Shown here: positions 26,100 through 36,719 of the stretch, piece after piece
How positions within the stretch are numbered: the stretch's first letter is position 1
How the letters are laid out: every line of letters starts with the position of its first letter
From: Eledone cirrhosa
Taxonomy: Eukaryota
Assembly: GCA_964016885.1 (NCBI GenBank)
Contig: OZ024743.1
Coordinates: forward strand, 298,716,001 to 298,780,000
Direction of reading: 5' to 3'
Length of the DNA stretch: 64,000 nucleotides
Notes under the pieces: model-generated
Databases searched by the model: none
What the model was told of the DNA's origin: nothing
Seen by the model: the letters and a program-made list of their open reading frames with translations, nothing else
Made by a program: the position numbers and the translations under genes

Positions 26100-27832
26100 A
26101 GAAAAAGGGATGAAATCGAAAATGAAACTGAAGTCTTATTTTTTTTTTTTTAAATATATATATTTATTTGGTTCCTTTACCGGTTTCGCAGTTCTTTTGC
26201 TTTTCAAAAGGTGAGTTGAGATGGAGGGTCTGTGGTTTTTCTCACATCTGGTTGGTCTCTAAATGTTACTTGTTTTATATGGAAAAAGTGGCTCGAAAGC
26301 CAGGTTTTTCGAGAAGTAATTTGATTGGTTTGTCAATAATTATAATAAATTTCGCGCCAGTTCGCGTTACAATAGTTCTTCAAATAAGAGAGGGGGGAGT
26401 TGTCACAGGTTGTTTTTTTATATATGAGTGTTTGAATTTCTTTTTACTTGAAAAAATGAGGCTCACGAAGGCTTTTTTTTGGTTGGTTATAAATGAAATT
26501 TGGCTGTCACGTGAACAAGTTTTCATTACATTTTTGCGCCCTTATTTGGAAAACTATTCTGTAGTCTTTATAGTGAATGTTATGACAATGGAGAGATAGT
26601 GGTCAAGGGAAAAGGGATTGGGAGAAATGTTCTGGTTCAGTGAATATGGCCAGCTGTCAGAGTTCAGGTGTCAGAGTTCAGATTTTCTATTGAGACTGAA
26701 GATATGTGTTTATTTGTGTGCTTGTGTGTGTGTATATATGTGTGTGTGTGTGTATGTGTGTATTGGAAGATGATTCTATTAGTAGAGATGGGGGAGGGAG
26801 TTGTGTGTGTGTGTGTGTATATGGGTGTTATGTGTGTGTATGCGAGTATGTTAAGATGGAGAGAATATATATTTTGTGTGTGTGTATATATATATGTGTG
26901 TAGGAAAGTGGTTCTATTAGTAGAAATGGGGAGGGTGTTGTAGGTGTGGGGGTTGTTATGTGTGTGTATGGGTGTTATGTGTGTGGGAGTATGGTTGGCA
27001 TGTTAAGATGAAGAGAATATATATATATATATATATATTGTGTGTGTGTGTGTATGTGTGTGTGTAGGAAAGTGATTCCTTTAGTAGGAATATTTTTGAA
27101 TGAACATATTTTCCTGACTTTTTCGTGTTTGCTGTTGTATTGCCAGTGCAAACGTATGTTAAGGTTTATTTAGTTCGGGTTTTTATTTTCTAAAGTAGAA
27201 GGTGTTATGTGTGTGTGTGTATGTCATATTGTGGTGTTGACATAATGTATATTAAACCTTATTTAATGTTGGTCTATATTTTTGAATAAACATATTTTCC
27301 TTATTTATTCGCATTTGTTCTGTTGTATTGTTAGCGCAAAGGTAAAATGGGAAGACTTGGAATTTGGGTGTCTTATTACTTGCGCAAATGTCTAGATGTG
27401 CACTTAGTGGTATCTGTCTCGTGGTTGGATCTCGTAATTGTTGGCGATGAACTGTCATTCTGTTTCTGAGTGTGAGTTTAGTTTGTCCTATATAATCTTC
27501 ATTGCATCCTTTACATTTAATGGCATAAATTAGATTTTTTGATGAGCAAGTGAAGTGATTTTTTACAGTAAAATTTTGTCCTGATTTAAATGTATACGTG
27601 TTGCCTTCAATGAGGTGAGTGCAGGTTCCACAATTAGAGCGACCACATTTTTTGATACTTGGTTGTGGGTTTGTGGTAGGTAATTTGGCATTGGTGAGTA
27701 ATGTTTTCAGTGATTTTGGTTGTCTTTTGCTTTTGATTATTTTGTGTGTTTCAAGGGCTTTTTTCATTCTTGGGTTTTGTTTTAGTAGTGGGATGTTATT
27801 GTGAATAGTGTTGTAAGCTTCCGCATTTCTTG
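26098..27832 (-). mobile_element. Penelope-like element family 2, inverted 3' arm (GIY-YIG + 3' region/pLTR)
   Basis: Reverse complement of about 31900-33938 without the internal duplication; ORF 27252-27830 is nearly identical to the C-terminus of 30210-32480. Confidence 0.95.
26174..26211 (-). ncRNA. Same hammerhead in the inverted arm
   Basis: Core intact; stem II shortened to GCA/UGC. Confidence 0.7.
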
Positions 27833-28295
27833 ACATCTTAATCACAAAAAAGACACAAATATCGAAACTGACATACACTACAAACCAACAGATTCCAAAC
27901 AATATCTGCTATTCACCTCCAACCATCCAAAGCACACGAAGACGAACATTCCTTTTAACCTAGCAAGAAGAATTTGCACAATTGTCTCCAATTATGAAAC
28001 GCGAAATAAAAGACTTCAAGAATTAAAGGAAATTCTACTTGAGAGAGAGTACCCACTATTACTAATAAATAATGGAATAGAAAGGGCTAAAGCAATAGGC
28101 ATTGATGAATTACGGAAACAGAAACAAATTCAAGGTACGTCCAATATTCTATCATATATCTCAACACACAACCCAAGAAATGCGGAAGCTTACAACACTA
28201 TTCACAATAACACCCATACACATAACACCCATACACACACACACACAACTCCCTCCCCCATCTCTACTAATAGAATCATCTTCCAATACACACAT

Positions 28296-28326
<31 letters not shown>

Positions 28327-29017
28327 AGCACACAAATAAACACATATCTTCAGTCTCAATAGAAAATCTGAACTCTGACACCTGAACTCTGACAGCTGGC
28401 CATATTCACTGAACCAGAACATTTCTCCCAATCCCTTTTCCCTTGGCCACTATCTCTCCATTGTCATAACATTCACTATAAAGACTACAGAATAGTTTTC
28501 CAAATAAGGGCGCAAAAATGTAATGAAAACTTGTTCACGTGACAGCCAAATTTCATTTATAACCAACCCCAAAAAAGCCTTCGTGAGCCTCATTTTTTCA
28601 AGTAAAAAGAAATTCAAACACTCATATATGAAAAAACAACCTGTGACAACTCCCCCCTCTCTTATTTGAAGAACTATTGTAACGCGAACTGGCGCGAAAT
28701 TTATTATAAGTATTGACAAACCAATCAAATTACTTCTCGAAAAACCTGGCTTTCGAGCCACTTTTTCCATATAAAACAAGTAACATTTAGAGACCAACCA
28801 GATGTGAGAAAAACCACAGACCCTCCATCTCAACTCACCTTTTGAAAAGCAGAAGAACTGCGAAACCGGTAAAGGAACCAAATAAATATATATATTTTAA
28901 AAAAAAATAAGACTTCAGTTGCATTTTCGATTTCATCCCTTTTTCTTTATACTTCCACTCGTGTAGGACACCTCGGTTATTTTTCATTTTGTAAAAAAAA
29001 CCTCACTTTCTAATATA
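27826..29017 (+). mobile_element. PLE2 upstream partial tandem copy: RT/thumb fragment (27826-28212) fused to the 5' pLTR (28207-29017)
   Basis: 27830-28212 matches 31555-31938; 28207-29017 matches about 33195-34005; junction at an ATAACA microhomology. Confidence 0.92.
28838..28875 (+). ncRNA. Minimal type I hammerhead, U3:A8 core variant (PLE2 5' pLTR)
   Basis: CCUU-UUGAAAA-GCAG(AAGAA)CUGC-GAAA-CCGG-UA-AAGG; all three stems form; predicted GUA cleavage at 28871. Confidence 0.78.
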
Positions 29018-29040
29018 TACCCACCACACGAAGACCGAAA

Positions 29041-30243
29041 ATGCCACCAAAGTCTCAACAAAACAACAACTCACTGAACCAGGACATCTTAAATGAACTC
29101 AAAGAGATTTCCTCTAAACTCTCAATTTTGACCAACAAAGTGGACCAAATACACATCTATAAAAAAGGACCCCACGAAGAAACAGAAAATACTCAAGAGA
29201 CGAATATTACTCCAGTATTAACTAAGCTAATCGAAACCATTGAAACAGCAATGCTCCAAAAGCTTGAACAACCGTTAGAACCCAATCTACGAGGTGTCCA
29301 CTCAGTGAAAAACACCCTAATCAACATATGGACTCAAAAGCTCACAGCCCGCAAATTCGCCCTTTGGAATCTCCTAAAAAATAATGGCAAGGCAGACATA
29401 TATGAAAAGTGGCTAAACTCTACCCCAATCCTCCTCCCCAAAAAACTCCAAATAAAACCCATCCCGAATGAACCAGAAAACCAACAAAGACTTAGGGAAA
29501 AGATGACATTGGAAAAATTTAAAACAGAAATAGAACTGTTGCGATTAAGAGCCAACTCCAACGAAGAAAAATTCAAGTCACTCGACCAACAGATGGACAC
29601 AGAAATCTCAAAGCACTCTGAAGGCCTACTCTACAAAAAACCCCTAAAACTTTGGAAAGAAAACTGTGAGGATGAAGAACTCACATCCCTCCAGCGATGG
29701 GAAAAAAACGCCACCTGGTTCAACAACTACGAAATGGACTTCAAAAATGAACAACATACAGGTAACCCATTTTTAAAACAAACTAAAACTCACACACCAC
29801 ATGCACAACAAATAACAAAAAAAGTAACAAAACGTCCAACATACCCCCAGCAAAACTATAACGATAATCCCAGAAACCATAGACAAAACTATAACCCTAC
29901 TAACAAAAACCAAAGATCCCCGAACACAAGGCAGGACCTGATCCGCAGATCACAACCCACACAAAACCTATTCCAAAACCGTAGACCCCTGCCCACACAG
30001 AGCCTGTTCCAAAACCATAGATCCCAACCCACACAAAGGAACCAAATCTACAACCCGGACTATCAACAAACCGAACCTCAATACGTCCGAAACTTCTATA
30101 CAAGACCACACAACAACAGGGGAAATACCATTAGATATAATAATACCAATGAAAAAACATTCCAGAAAAATCATTTTTTAGACCAAGGCTACAGGACTCA
30201 CGACACCCGGTGGCACAAACCGATTTTGAAAAACCGAAAATAA
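29041..30243 (+). CDS. PLE2 upstream ORF (400 aa; helical/coiled-coil-like N-half, N/Q/R-rich tail)
   Basis: Intact ATG-initiated ORF directly after the pLTR; E/K/L-rich heptad-like segments; homologous peptide in the relic at 37860-37910. Confidence 0.82.
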   Translation: MPPKSQQNNNSLNQDILNELKEISSKLSILTNKVDQIHIYKKGPHEETENTQETNITPVLTKLIETIETAMLQKLEQPLEPNLRGVHSVKNTLINIWTQKLTARKFALWNLLKNNGKADIYEKWLNSTPILLPKKLQIKPIPNEPENQQRLREKMTLEKFKTEIELLRLRANSNEEKFKSLDQQMDTEISKHSEGLLYKKPLKLWKENCEDEELTSLQRWEKNATWFNNYEMDFKNEQHTGNPFLKQTKTHTPHAQQITKKVTKRPTYPQQNYNDNPRNHRQNYNPTNKNQRSPNTRQDLIRRSQPTQNLFQNRRPLPTQSLFQNHRSQPTQRNQIYNPDYQQTEPQYVRNFYTRPHNNRGNTIRYNNTNEKTFQKNHFLDQGYRTHDTRWHKPILKNRK

Positions 30244-32480
30244 TTAACATTTCAAATACAAACCTCTCAGCCCAACAAGTAAAAATTCTCTCCAAAGGTC
30301 TGAAATTCACACCAACACCACAATATCCTAACCCCAACGAGATAAATGACGATATCTCACACTTCTGTAGAAAATTACGTCTCACAGAGGAATTCTTTGA
30401 CAAGGAGAATAACGACGAATCAATTGTACGGAATAAAAGCAGCTACAACCCAACAAAAGGTAGAAACAGAGTTCTGGACAAATTTTGTGACCACATAGCT
30501 ACCTTCCCATACCATGAACTACCGCAACCTAAACCCAAACCCAACACAAGTCGAAGGGAATGGGAGATTATCCATGAACTAAAAAACAATCCGGACATTG
30601 TAATTAAGGAAGCGGACAAGGGAAGTACTGTTGTCATTATGGAGGCTCAAAAATATAAAAATTCTATGTTCTCTCTCTTACAAAATGCTAATTACTATGA
30701 AAGAGTAAAAAACTACCAGCAATCAAAAATAATGACCAAATTAAACACACTGATTTATCGATACCAGGAAGACCTAACTAAAAAGGAACGCGATTATTTA
30801 ACAAATTTTAAATACAAAACCAGCAACCTTTACGGACTTCCGAAGATCCACAAATGTAAAATAATCAACGATGCCTGTAAACAATCCACCTCAGCCTGCG
30901 TGAACACACAATACCCCACAGACCTTAAATTAAGACCAATTGTAGCGGGCCCACAATGTGAAACACACAGATTGAGCAACTTTATAGACATACTACTGAA
31001 ACCAATACTGAAACACATACCAAGCCTTGTAAGAGACGATCTGGACCTCTTAAACCACCTCCCCAAACATGTCAAAAACGACACTATTATTGTGTCTTTC
31101 GATGTAGTGAATCTCTACACAACGATCCCACACCAATACGGACTAGAAGCAATAGGATTCTGGCTAGAGAAATATCCCAATGAGATACCTGACAGAATAG
31201 AAAAAAGCTTCATCACCGAGGGATTAAAATTCATCCTACAGAACAACTTTTTTGATTTCGATGGCAATACTTACAAGCAAATATCGGGGACTGCGATGGG
31301 CACAAAAGCCGCTCCAACTTATGCCAACTTAGTCATGGCATACTTAGAAGTCCAGATATATGAACAGTCCAAATCAAAATACGGATTGAACTTCCACAAA
31401 TATTTATCAGAGAATTGGAAACGCTACTTGGATGATTGCCTCATTCTTTGGTCCCACACACTCGACCAACTGAAGGATTTCAAAAACTTAATAAACGGCA
31501 TCAATAACCACATCCAATTCACAATGGAATACAGCCAAGATCAACTCTCATTTCTGGACATCTTAATCACAAAAAAAGACACAAATATCGAAACTGACAT
31601 ACACTACAAACCAACAGATTCCAAACAATATCTGCTATTCACCTCCAACCATCCAAAGCACACGAAGACGAACATTCCTTTTAACCTAGCAAGAAGAATT
31701 TGCACAATTGTCTCCAATTATGAAACGCGAAATAAAAGACTTCAAGAATTAAAGGAAATTCTACTTGAGAGAGAGTACCCACTATTACTAATAAATAATG
31801 GAATAGAAAGGGCTAAAGCAATAGGCATTGATGAATTACGGAAACAGAAACAAATTCAAGGTACGTCCAATATTCTATCATATATCTCAACACACAACCC
31901 AAGAAATGCGGAAGCTTACAACACTATTCACAATAACATCCCACTACTAAAACAAAACCCAAGAATGAAAAAAGCCCTTGAAACACACAAAATAATCAAA
32001 AGCAAAAGACAACCAAAATCACTGAAAATATTACTCACCAATGCCAAATTACCTACCACAAACCCACAACCAAGTATCAAAAAATGTGGTCGCTCTAATT
32101 GTGGAACCTGCACTCACCTCATTGAAGGCAACACGTATACATTTAAATCAGGACAAAATTTTACTGTAAAAAATCACTTCACTTGCTCATCAAAAAATCT
32201 AATTTATGCCATTAAATGTAAAGGATGCAATGAAGATTATATAGGACAAACTAAACTCACACTCAGAAACAGAATGACAGTTCATCGCCAACAATTACGA
32301 GATCCAACCACGAGACAGATACCACTAAGTGCACATCTAGACATTTGCGCAAGTAATAAGACACCCAAATTCCAAGTCTTCCCATTTTACCTTTGCGCTA
32401 ACAATACAACAGAACAAATGCGAATAAATAAGGAAAATATGTTTATTCAAAAATATAGACCAACATTAAATAAGGTTTAA
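30174..32480 (+). CDS. PLE2 reverse transcriptase + GIY-YIG endonuclease (Neptune-like Cys linker), intact, in the -1 frame relative to the upstream ORF
   Basis: LSKGLKFTPTP, IKEADKG, YGLPKIHK, LRPIV, SFDVVNLYTTIP, GTAMGT, RYLDD, FLD, CGRSNCGTC, NLIYAIKC..C...YIGQT...RMTVH; no internal stops. Confidence 0.95.
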   Translation, partial: FFRPRLQDSRHPVAQTDFEKPKIINISNTNLSAQQVKILSKGLKFTPTPQYPNPNEINDDISHFCRKLRLTEEFFDKENNDESIVRNKSSYNPTKGRNRVLDKFCDHIATFPYHELPQPKPKPNTSRREWEIIHELKNNPDIVIKEADKGSTVVIMEAQKYKNSMFSLLQNANYYERVKNYQQSKIMTKLNTLIYRYQEDLTKKERDYLTNFKYKTSNLYGLPKIHKCKIINDACKQSTSACVNTQYPTDLKLRPIVAGPQCETHRLSNFIDILLKPILKHIPSLVRDDLDLLNHLPKHVKNDTIIVSFDVVNLYTTIPHQYGLEAIGFWLEKYPNEIPDRIEKSFITEGLKFILQNNFFDFDGNTYKQISGTAMGTKAAPTYANLVMAYLEVQIYEQSKSKYGLNFHKYLSENWKRYLDDCLILWSHTLDQLKDFKNLINGINNHIQFTMEYSQDQLSFLDILITKKDTNIETDIHYKPTDSKQYLLFTSNHPKHTKTNIPFNLARRICTIVSNYETRNKRLQELKEILLEREYPLLLINNGIERAKAIGIDELRKQKQIQGTSNILSYISTHNPRNAEAYNTIHNNIPLLKQNPRMKKALETHKIIKSKRQPKSLKILLTNAKLPTTNPQPSIKKCGRSNCGTCTHLIEGNTYTFKSGQNFTVKNHFTCSSKNLIYAIKCKGCNEDYIGQTKLTLRNRMTVHRQQLRDPTTRQIPLSAHLDICASNKTPKFQVFPFYLCANNTTEQMRINKENMFIQKYRPTLNKV

Positions 32481-33993
32481 TATACATTATGTCAACACCA
32501 CAATATGACATACACACACACACATAACACCTTCTACTTTAGAAAATAAAAACCCGAACTAAATAAACCTTAACATACGTTTGCACTGGCAATACAACAG
32601 CAAACACGAAAAAGTCAGGAAAATATGTTCATTCAAAAATATTCCTACTAAAGGAATCACTTTCCTACACACACACATACACACACACACACAATATATA
32701 TATATATATATATATTCTCTTCATCTTAACATGCTAACCATACTCCCACACACATAACACCCATACACACACATAACAACCCCCACACCTACAACACCCT
32801 CCCCATTTCTACTAATAGAACCACTTTCCTACACACACATATATATATACACACACACAAAATATATATTCTCTCCATCTTAACATACTCGCACACACAC
32901 ACATAACACCCATATACACACACACACAACTCCCTCCCCCATCTCTACTAATAGAATCATCTTCCTACTAAAGGAATCACTTTCCTACACACACACATAC
33001 ACACACACACAATATATATATATATATATTCTCTTCATCTTAACATGCCAACCATACTCCCACACACATAACACCCATACACACACATAACAACCCCCAC
33101 ACCTACAACTCCCTCCCCATTTCTACTAATAGAACCACTTTCCTACACACATATATATATACACACACACAAAATATATATTCTCTCCATCTTAACATAC
33201 TCGCACACACACACATAACACCCATACACACACACACACAACTCCCTCCCCCATCTCTACTAATAGAATCATCTTCCAATACACACATACACACACACAC
33301 ATATACACACACACAAGCACACAAATAAACACATATCTTCAGTCTCAATAGAAAATCTGAACTCTGACACCTGAACTCTGACAGCTGGCCATATTCACTG
33401 AACCAGAACATTTCTCCCAATCCCTTTTCCCTTGACCACTATCTCTCCATTGTCATAACATTCACTATAAAGACTACAGAATAGTTTTCCAAATAAGGGC
33501 GCAAAAATGTAATGAAAACTTGTTCACGTGACAGCCAAATTTCATTTATAACCAACCAAAAAAAAGCCTTCGTGAGCCTCATTTTTTCAAGTAAAAAGAA
33601 ATTCAAACACTCATATATGAAAAAACAACCTGTGACAACCCCCCTCTCTTATTTGAAGAACTATTGTAACGCGAACTGGCGCGAAATTTATTATAAGTAT
33701 TGACAAACCAATCAAATTACTTCTCGAAAAACCTGGCTTTCGAGCCACTTTTTCCATATAAAACAAGTAACATTTAGAGACCAACCAGATGTGAGAAAAA
33801 CCACAGACCCTCCATCTCAACTCACCTTTTGAAAAGCAGAAGAACTGCGAAGCCGGTAAAGGAACCAAATAAATATATATATTTAAAAAAAAAATAAGAC
33901 TTCAGTTGCATTTTCGATTTCATCCCTTTTTCTTTATACTTCCACTCGTGTAGGACACCTCGGTTATTTTTCATTTTGTAAAAAAAACCTCAC

Positions 33994-34001
<8 letters not shown>
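32481..34001 (+). repeat. PLE2 3' region and 3' pLTR, with internal sub-repeats and an about 310-bp tandem duplication (about 32645-33270)
   Basis: Direct repeat of 28207-29017; ends CACTTTCTAA followed by (TA)n. Confidence 0.9.
33825..33862 (+). ncRNA. Same hammerhead in the 3' pLTR, with GAAA changed to GAAG
   Basis: Identical to the 28838 copy except A15.1 to G at 33852. Confidence 0.65.
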
Positions 34002-34024
<23 letters not shown>

Positions 34025-34227
34025 CTTGATAGTATCTCAATGTATCTCTAAATTTATCTTTTCAGACGGGGTTCGACGAATAGGTGTTAGTCTTATTTAA
34101 ACTTCTTAAAGTGATCAAAGGTGGGATATATTGTTGTAATGTATTATCACTAAAGAATAATAAATATACAATAGAAGTGGCCAAAGTGAGCTTGTATGCA
34201 ATGTAAGGTTAAAAGGAAGAGAAATAT

Positions 34228-34410
34228 TGGTTTCTAGCTTTGGCACAAAGTCAGCTATTTGTTGGCAGAGGTAAGTCAATTATATGGAGCCCAGCACTTA
34301 ATCAGTACTTTATTTTATGATAAAATACAAAGCTTAACTCTGTGGAGTTTGAATTAATAGATCAAAATGCATTTTGTCACACTCTCCAATGATTTTGTCA
34401 ATCCAGCTCT
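34228..34410 (-). mobile_element. Diverged tRNA-derived SINE
   Basis: TTTGGCACAA tail and AGTACTTTATTTTAT core on the reverse strand. Confidence 0.55.
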
Positions 34411-35639
34411 CCCTGGAGAAATAATGAGGTATGAATCGATATGATATGAAAAGTAGATGAAAATAAATATGTATGTGTGTATATAGGGAAAGTTTAATAT
34501 AACTTTCTAGTTACCATAACAAATTCCTAAATAAAAAAAAAAGGCACATTAGAGATGGAGATTATTGCTAAGAACTGATAAAGATAGTTTTGTAAATTAC
34601 GCTTTTAGCTAAACTTTTAAAATTGATGATTTTTAGTTACAAAGTTGTAAAAATAAAATGTATTATAAAAATGAAAAAAAAAAAAATTTTTTTAAAAGAT
34701 ACCAACAAAAGTTTTATTAGAATAAATATTTAAATCAAATTAACTTATAACCTAAATACACACTGAAATTTTATATCAGTATTGAAAGATGTATTCAAAC
34801 TATGCTATGAAAATCAAACAAATAAAGATAAATAGAAACAAAAATATGAATGTAATAAAAATAAGTTCTAAGCCGATGATTATTATTAGACAAAATGTAA
34901 ATTTCTTTCCTTTAATATAAACGGATGTTTTATATAAAAAAAATCCTATAAAATCTTATATAAAAATATAAATAGCAAGGATTATAAATTTAATCTACTA
35001 AAATAGTAAATGAACATACATAGTTTCTATATTAAACAATTATATTTATGTTCAGTTAAATTATACTCTTTCGTGTTATATACAAATAGGTTTAAAAATA
35101 AAGCGAAGTATAAATAAAATAATAACTAAATATAATATTATAGTTGCCATTATATTTTTGTATTAAAAGATGTAAGAGGCTTATGGTCAATTAAATTAAA
35201 TATAAAAAAATATAAAAAGAATTATTGACTGGATTGTGGAATAGTTAAAACGCTCCGTTTTGTTGAAATAATTTGTTTCGTTTGCAACGACAGCAAGCAG
35301 TGTAAATTAATCAAACATATGAACGTAAACATAGGATCTTTAGAGATTTGGTGTAAAAATGAGCAAAATAAATAAAACTTCAAATAACGCAATACATTTG
35401 TATTTAGCGGAAAATATATGTATAAATTATTTTCGTTCTCTTATCTCCTCACTCTGTTGGCTTCTGTTCTAATCTCATGTCTTTTCCTCACCCTTCTTCC
35501 CACTTCTCCCTTGTTGTTCCCGCTTCTCTCCATCACATCCCACCCCATCCTCATTTGCACCCTTAGTATTCTCCTGTCATTCCCTACTCCAACTTTTCCT
35601 CCAGCTCTATTTAACACTCCACCCATTTCACCTCGTTTG

Positions 35640-36715
35640 CATCCAATCCTTGCATCTCTCTCAATAGCTCTTGGTAGAAACACGCTACTAGAGTCACGTT
35701 ACATTTCTAAGCCGATACCTCTACCATCATCTCTTTCTTGAGGTTTCCGCCTTAAATTTTACTCCACTTTCTACTTCGCCTCAATCAACCCACCCATCCT
35801 CATCCGCTCCTCCCACCATTTCATACACGTGACTCTCTGCTCCACCCACTCTCACATCCGTTCCGCTACCGCGCTCTTCCCAAAGCCTACATCCTTCTTT
35901 CCTCTAATTGCCCCCGCTTCCTCACCCAATTCATCGTCCACTTTACCTTTCACCTTAACCATCTTCTCTTCAATTTTCTCACTTCTGTCAGACTCTCTTT
36001 CTTCGTCAGTCGTTACCACATAAGCCTACCTCAGTTCCAACCTTTCACATGCACCGCCTTCTTCTATCATCCTATCCCACCTCCGTCACCACTACTGACT
36101 CTACACAAGACAAGCCTAACCAAAACAGTCCCCGAGCCCATATTCCTTTCTATCCCTCACACTCCACTCTGTTGCAATCCTACATGCGGGCCTACCCCAC
36201 TCAAAAGCTGAATGCTCCCTACTCATTAAGGGTTTATGCTTCATACCCATCACACACGGGCGACGAGTTGCAAACATGTACCGACGTTGAACTGTTCTTG
36301 CGTCGCTTAAAACTTCACACATTCTTCTATGATACACCCTCAACATCGGCCCAAACACACCACTTCATGAATCTCGGCCGCCGGCCATCACATTGGATGT
36401 TGAGCCCTGACCAATTCAGCGGATTCGACTACTTCTTAAGAATCTGCCGTCCTCGTCGCACCAGCCTGAGGTCGCCACACTCCGCAGCCTACGGTATCGA
36501 AATATATCATCATTAAACTCGCCGATAAATCTGGCGTTGTATGTTTTGTCGCGTGGACCTCCACATGACCGAGGCCCTTCACATTCCACTATTTTATCAC
36601 CTTTTACCTTATGATCCCATCTTACAATCCCATGACCCCATGTCTTCTACCATACACCAACTATCTTTTCTCCCCCCCCCCCCTTCACTGAGGTTCATTA
36701 TCCACCTGTTTAGCA
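35640..36715 (+). pseudogene. Old Penelope-like element relic (N-terminal pre-RT region)
   Basis: SKAECSLLIKGLCFIP (about 36200), DVELFLRRLKLHTFFY, IIKLADKSG (about 36508). Confidence 0.7.
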
Positions 36716-36719
36716 GCCA

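Noticed and set aside
26168-26599. 143-aa ORF repeated at 28450-28881 and 33611-33868
   Set aside because: Antisense to the PLE pLTR, non-ATG start, frameshifted in the third copy; recurrence only reflects the repeat.
28661-28710. Second hammerhead-like motif in the PLE2 pLTR (CUUAU-UUGAAGA...GCG/CGC-GAAA-UUUA-UU-AUAAG)
   Set aside because: Needs a U3.G8 wobble, an 11-nt insertion and has no proper stem III; too many deviations to call.
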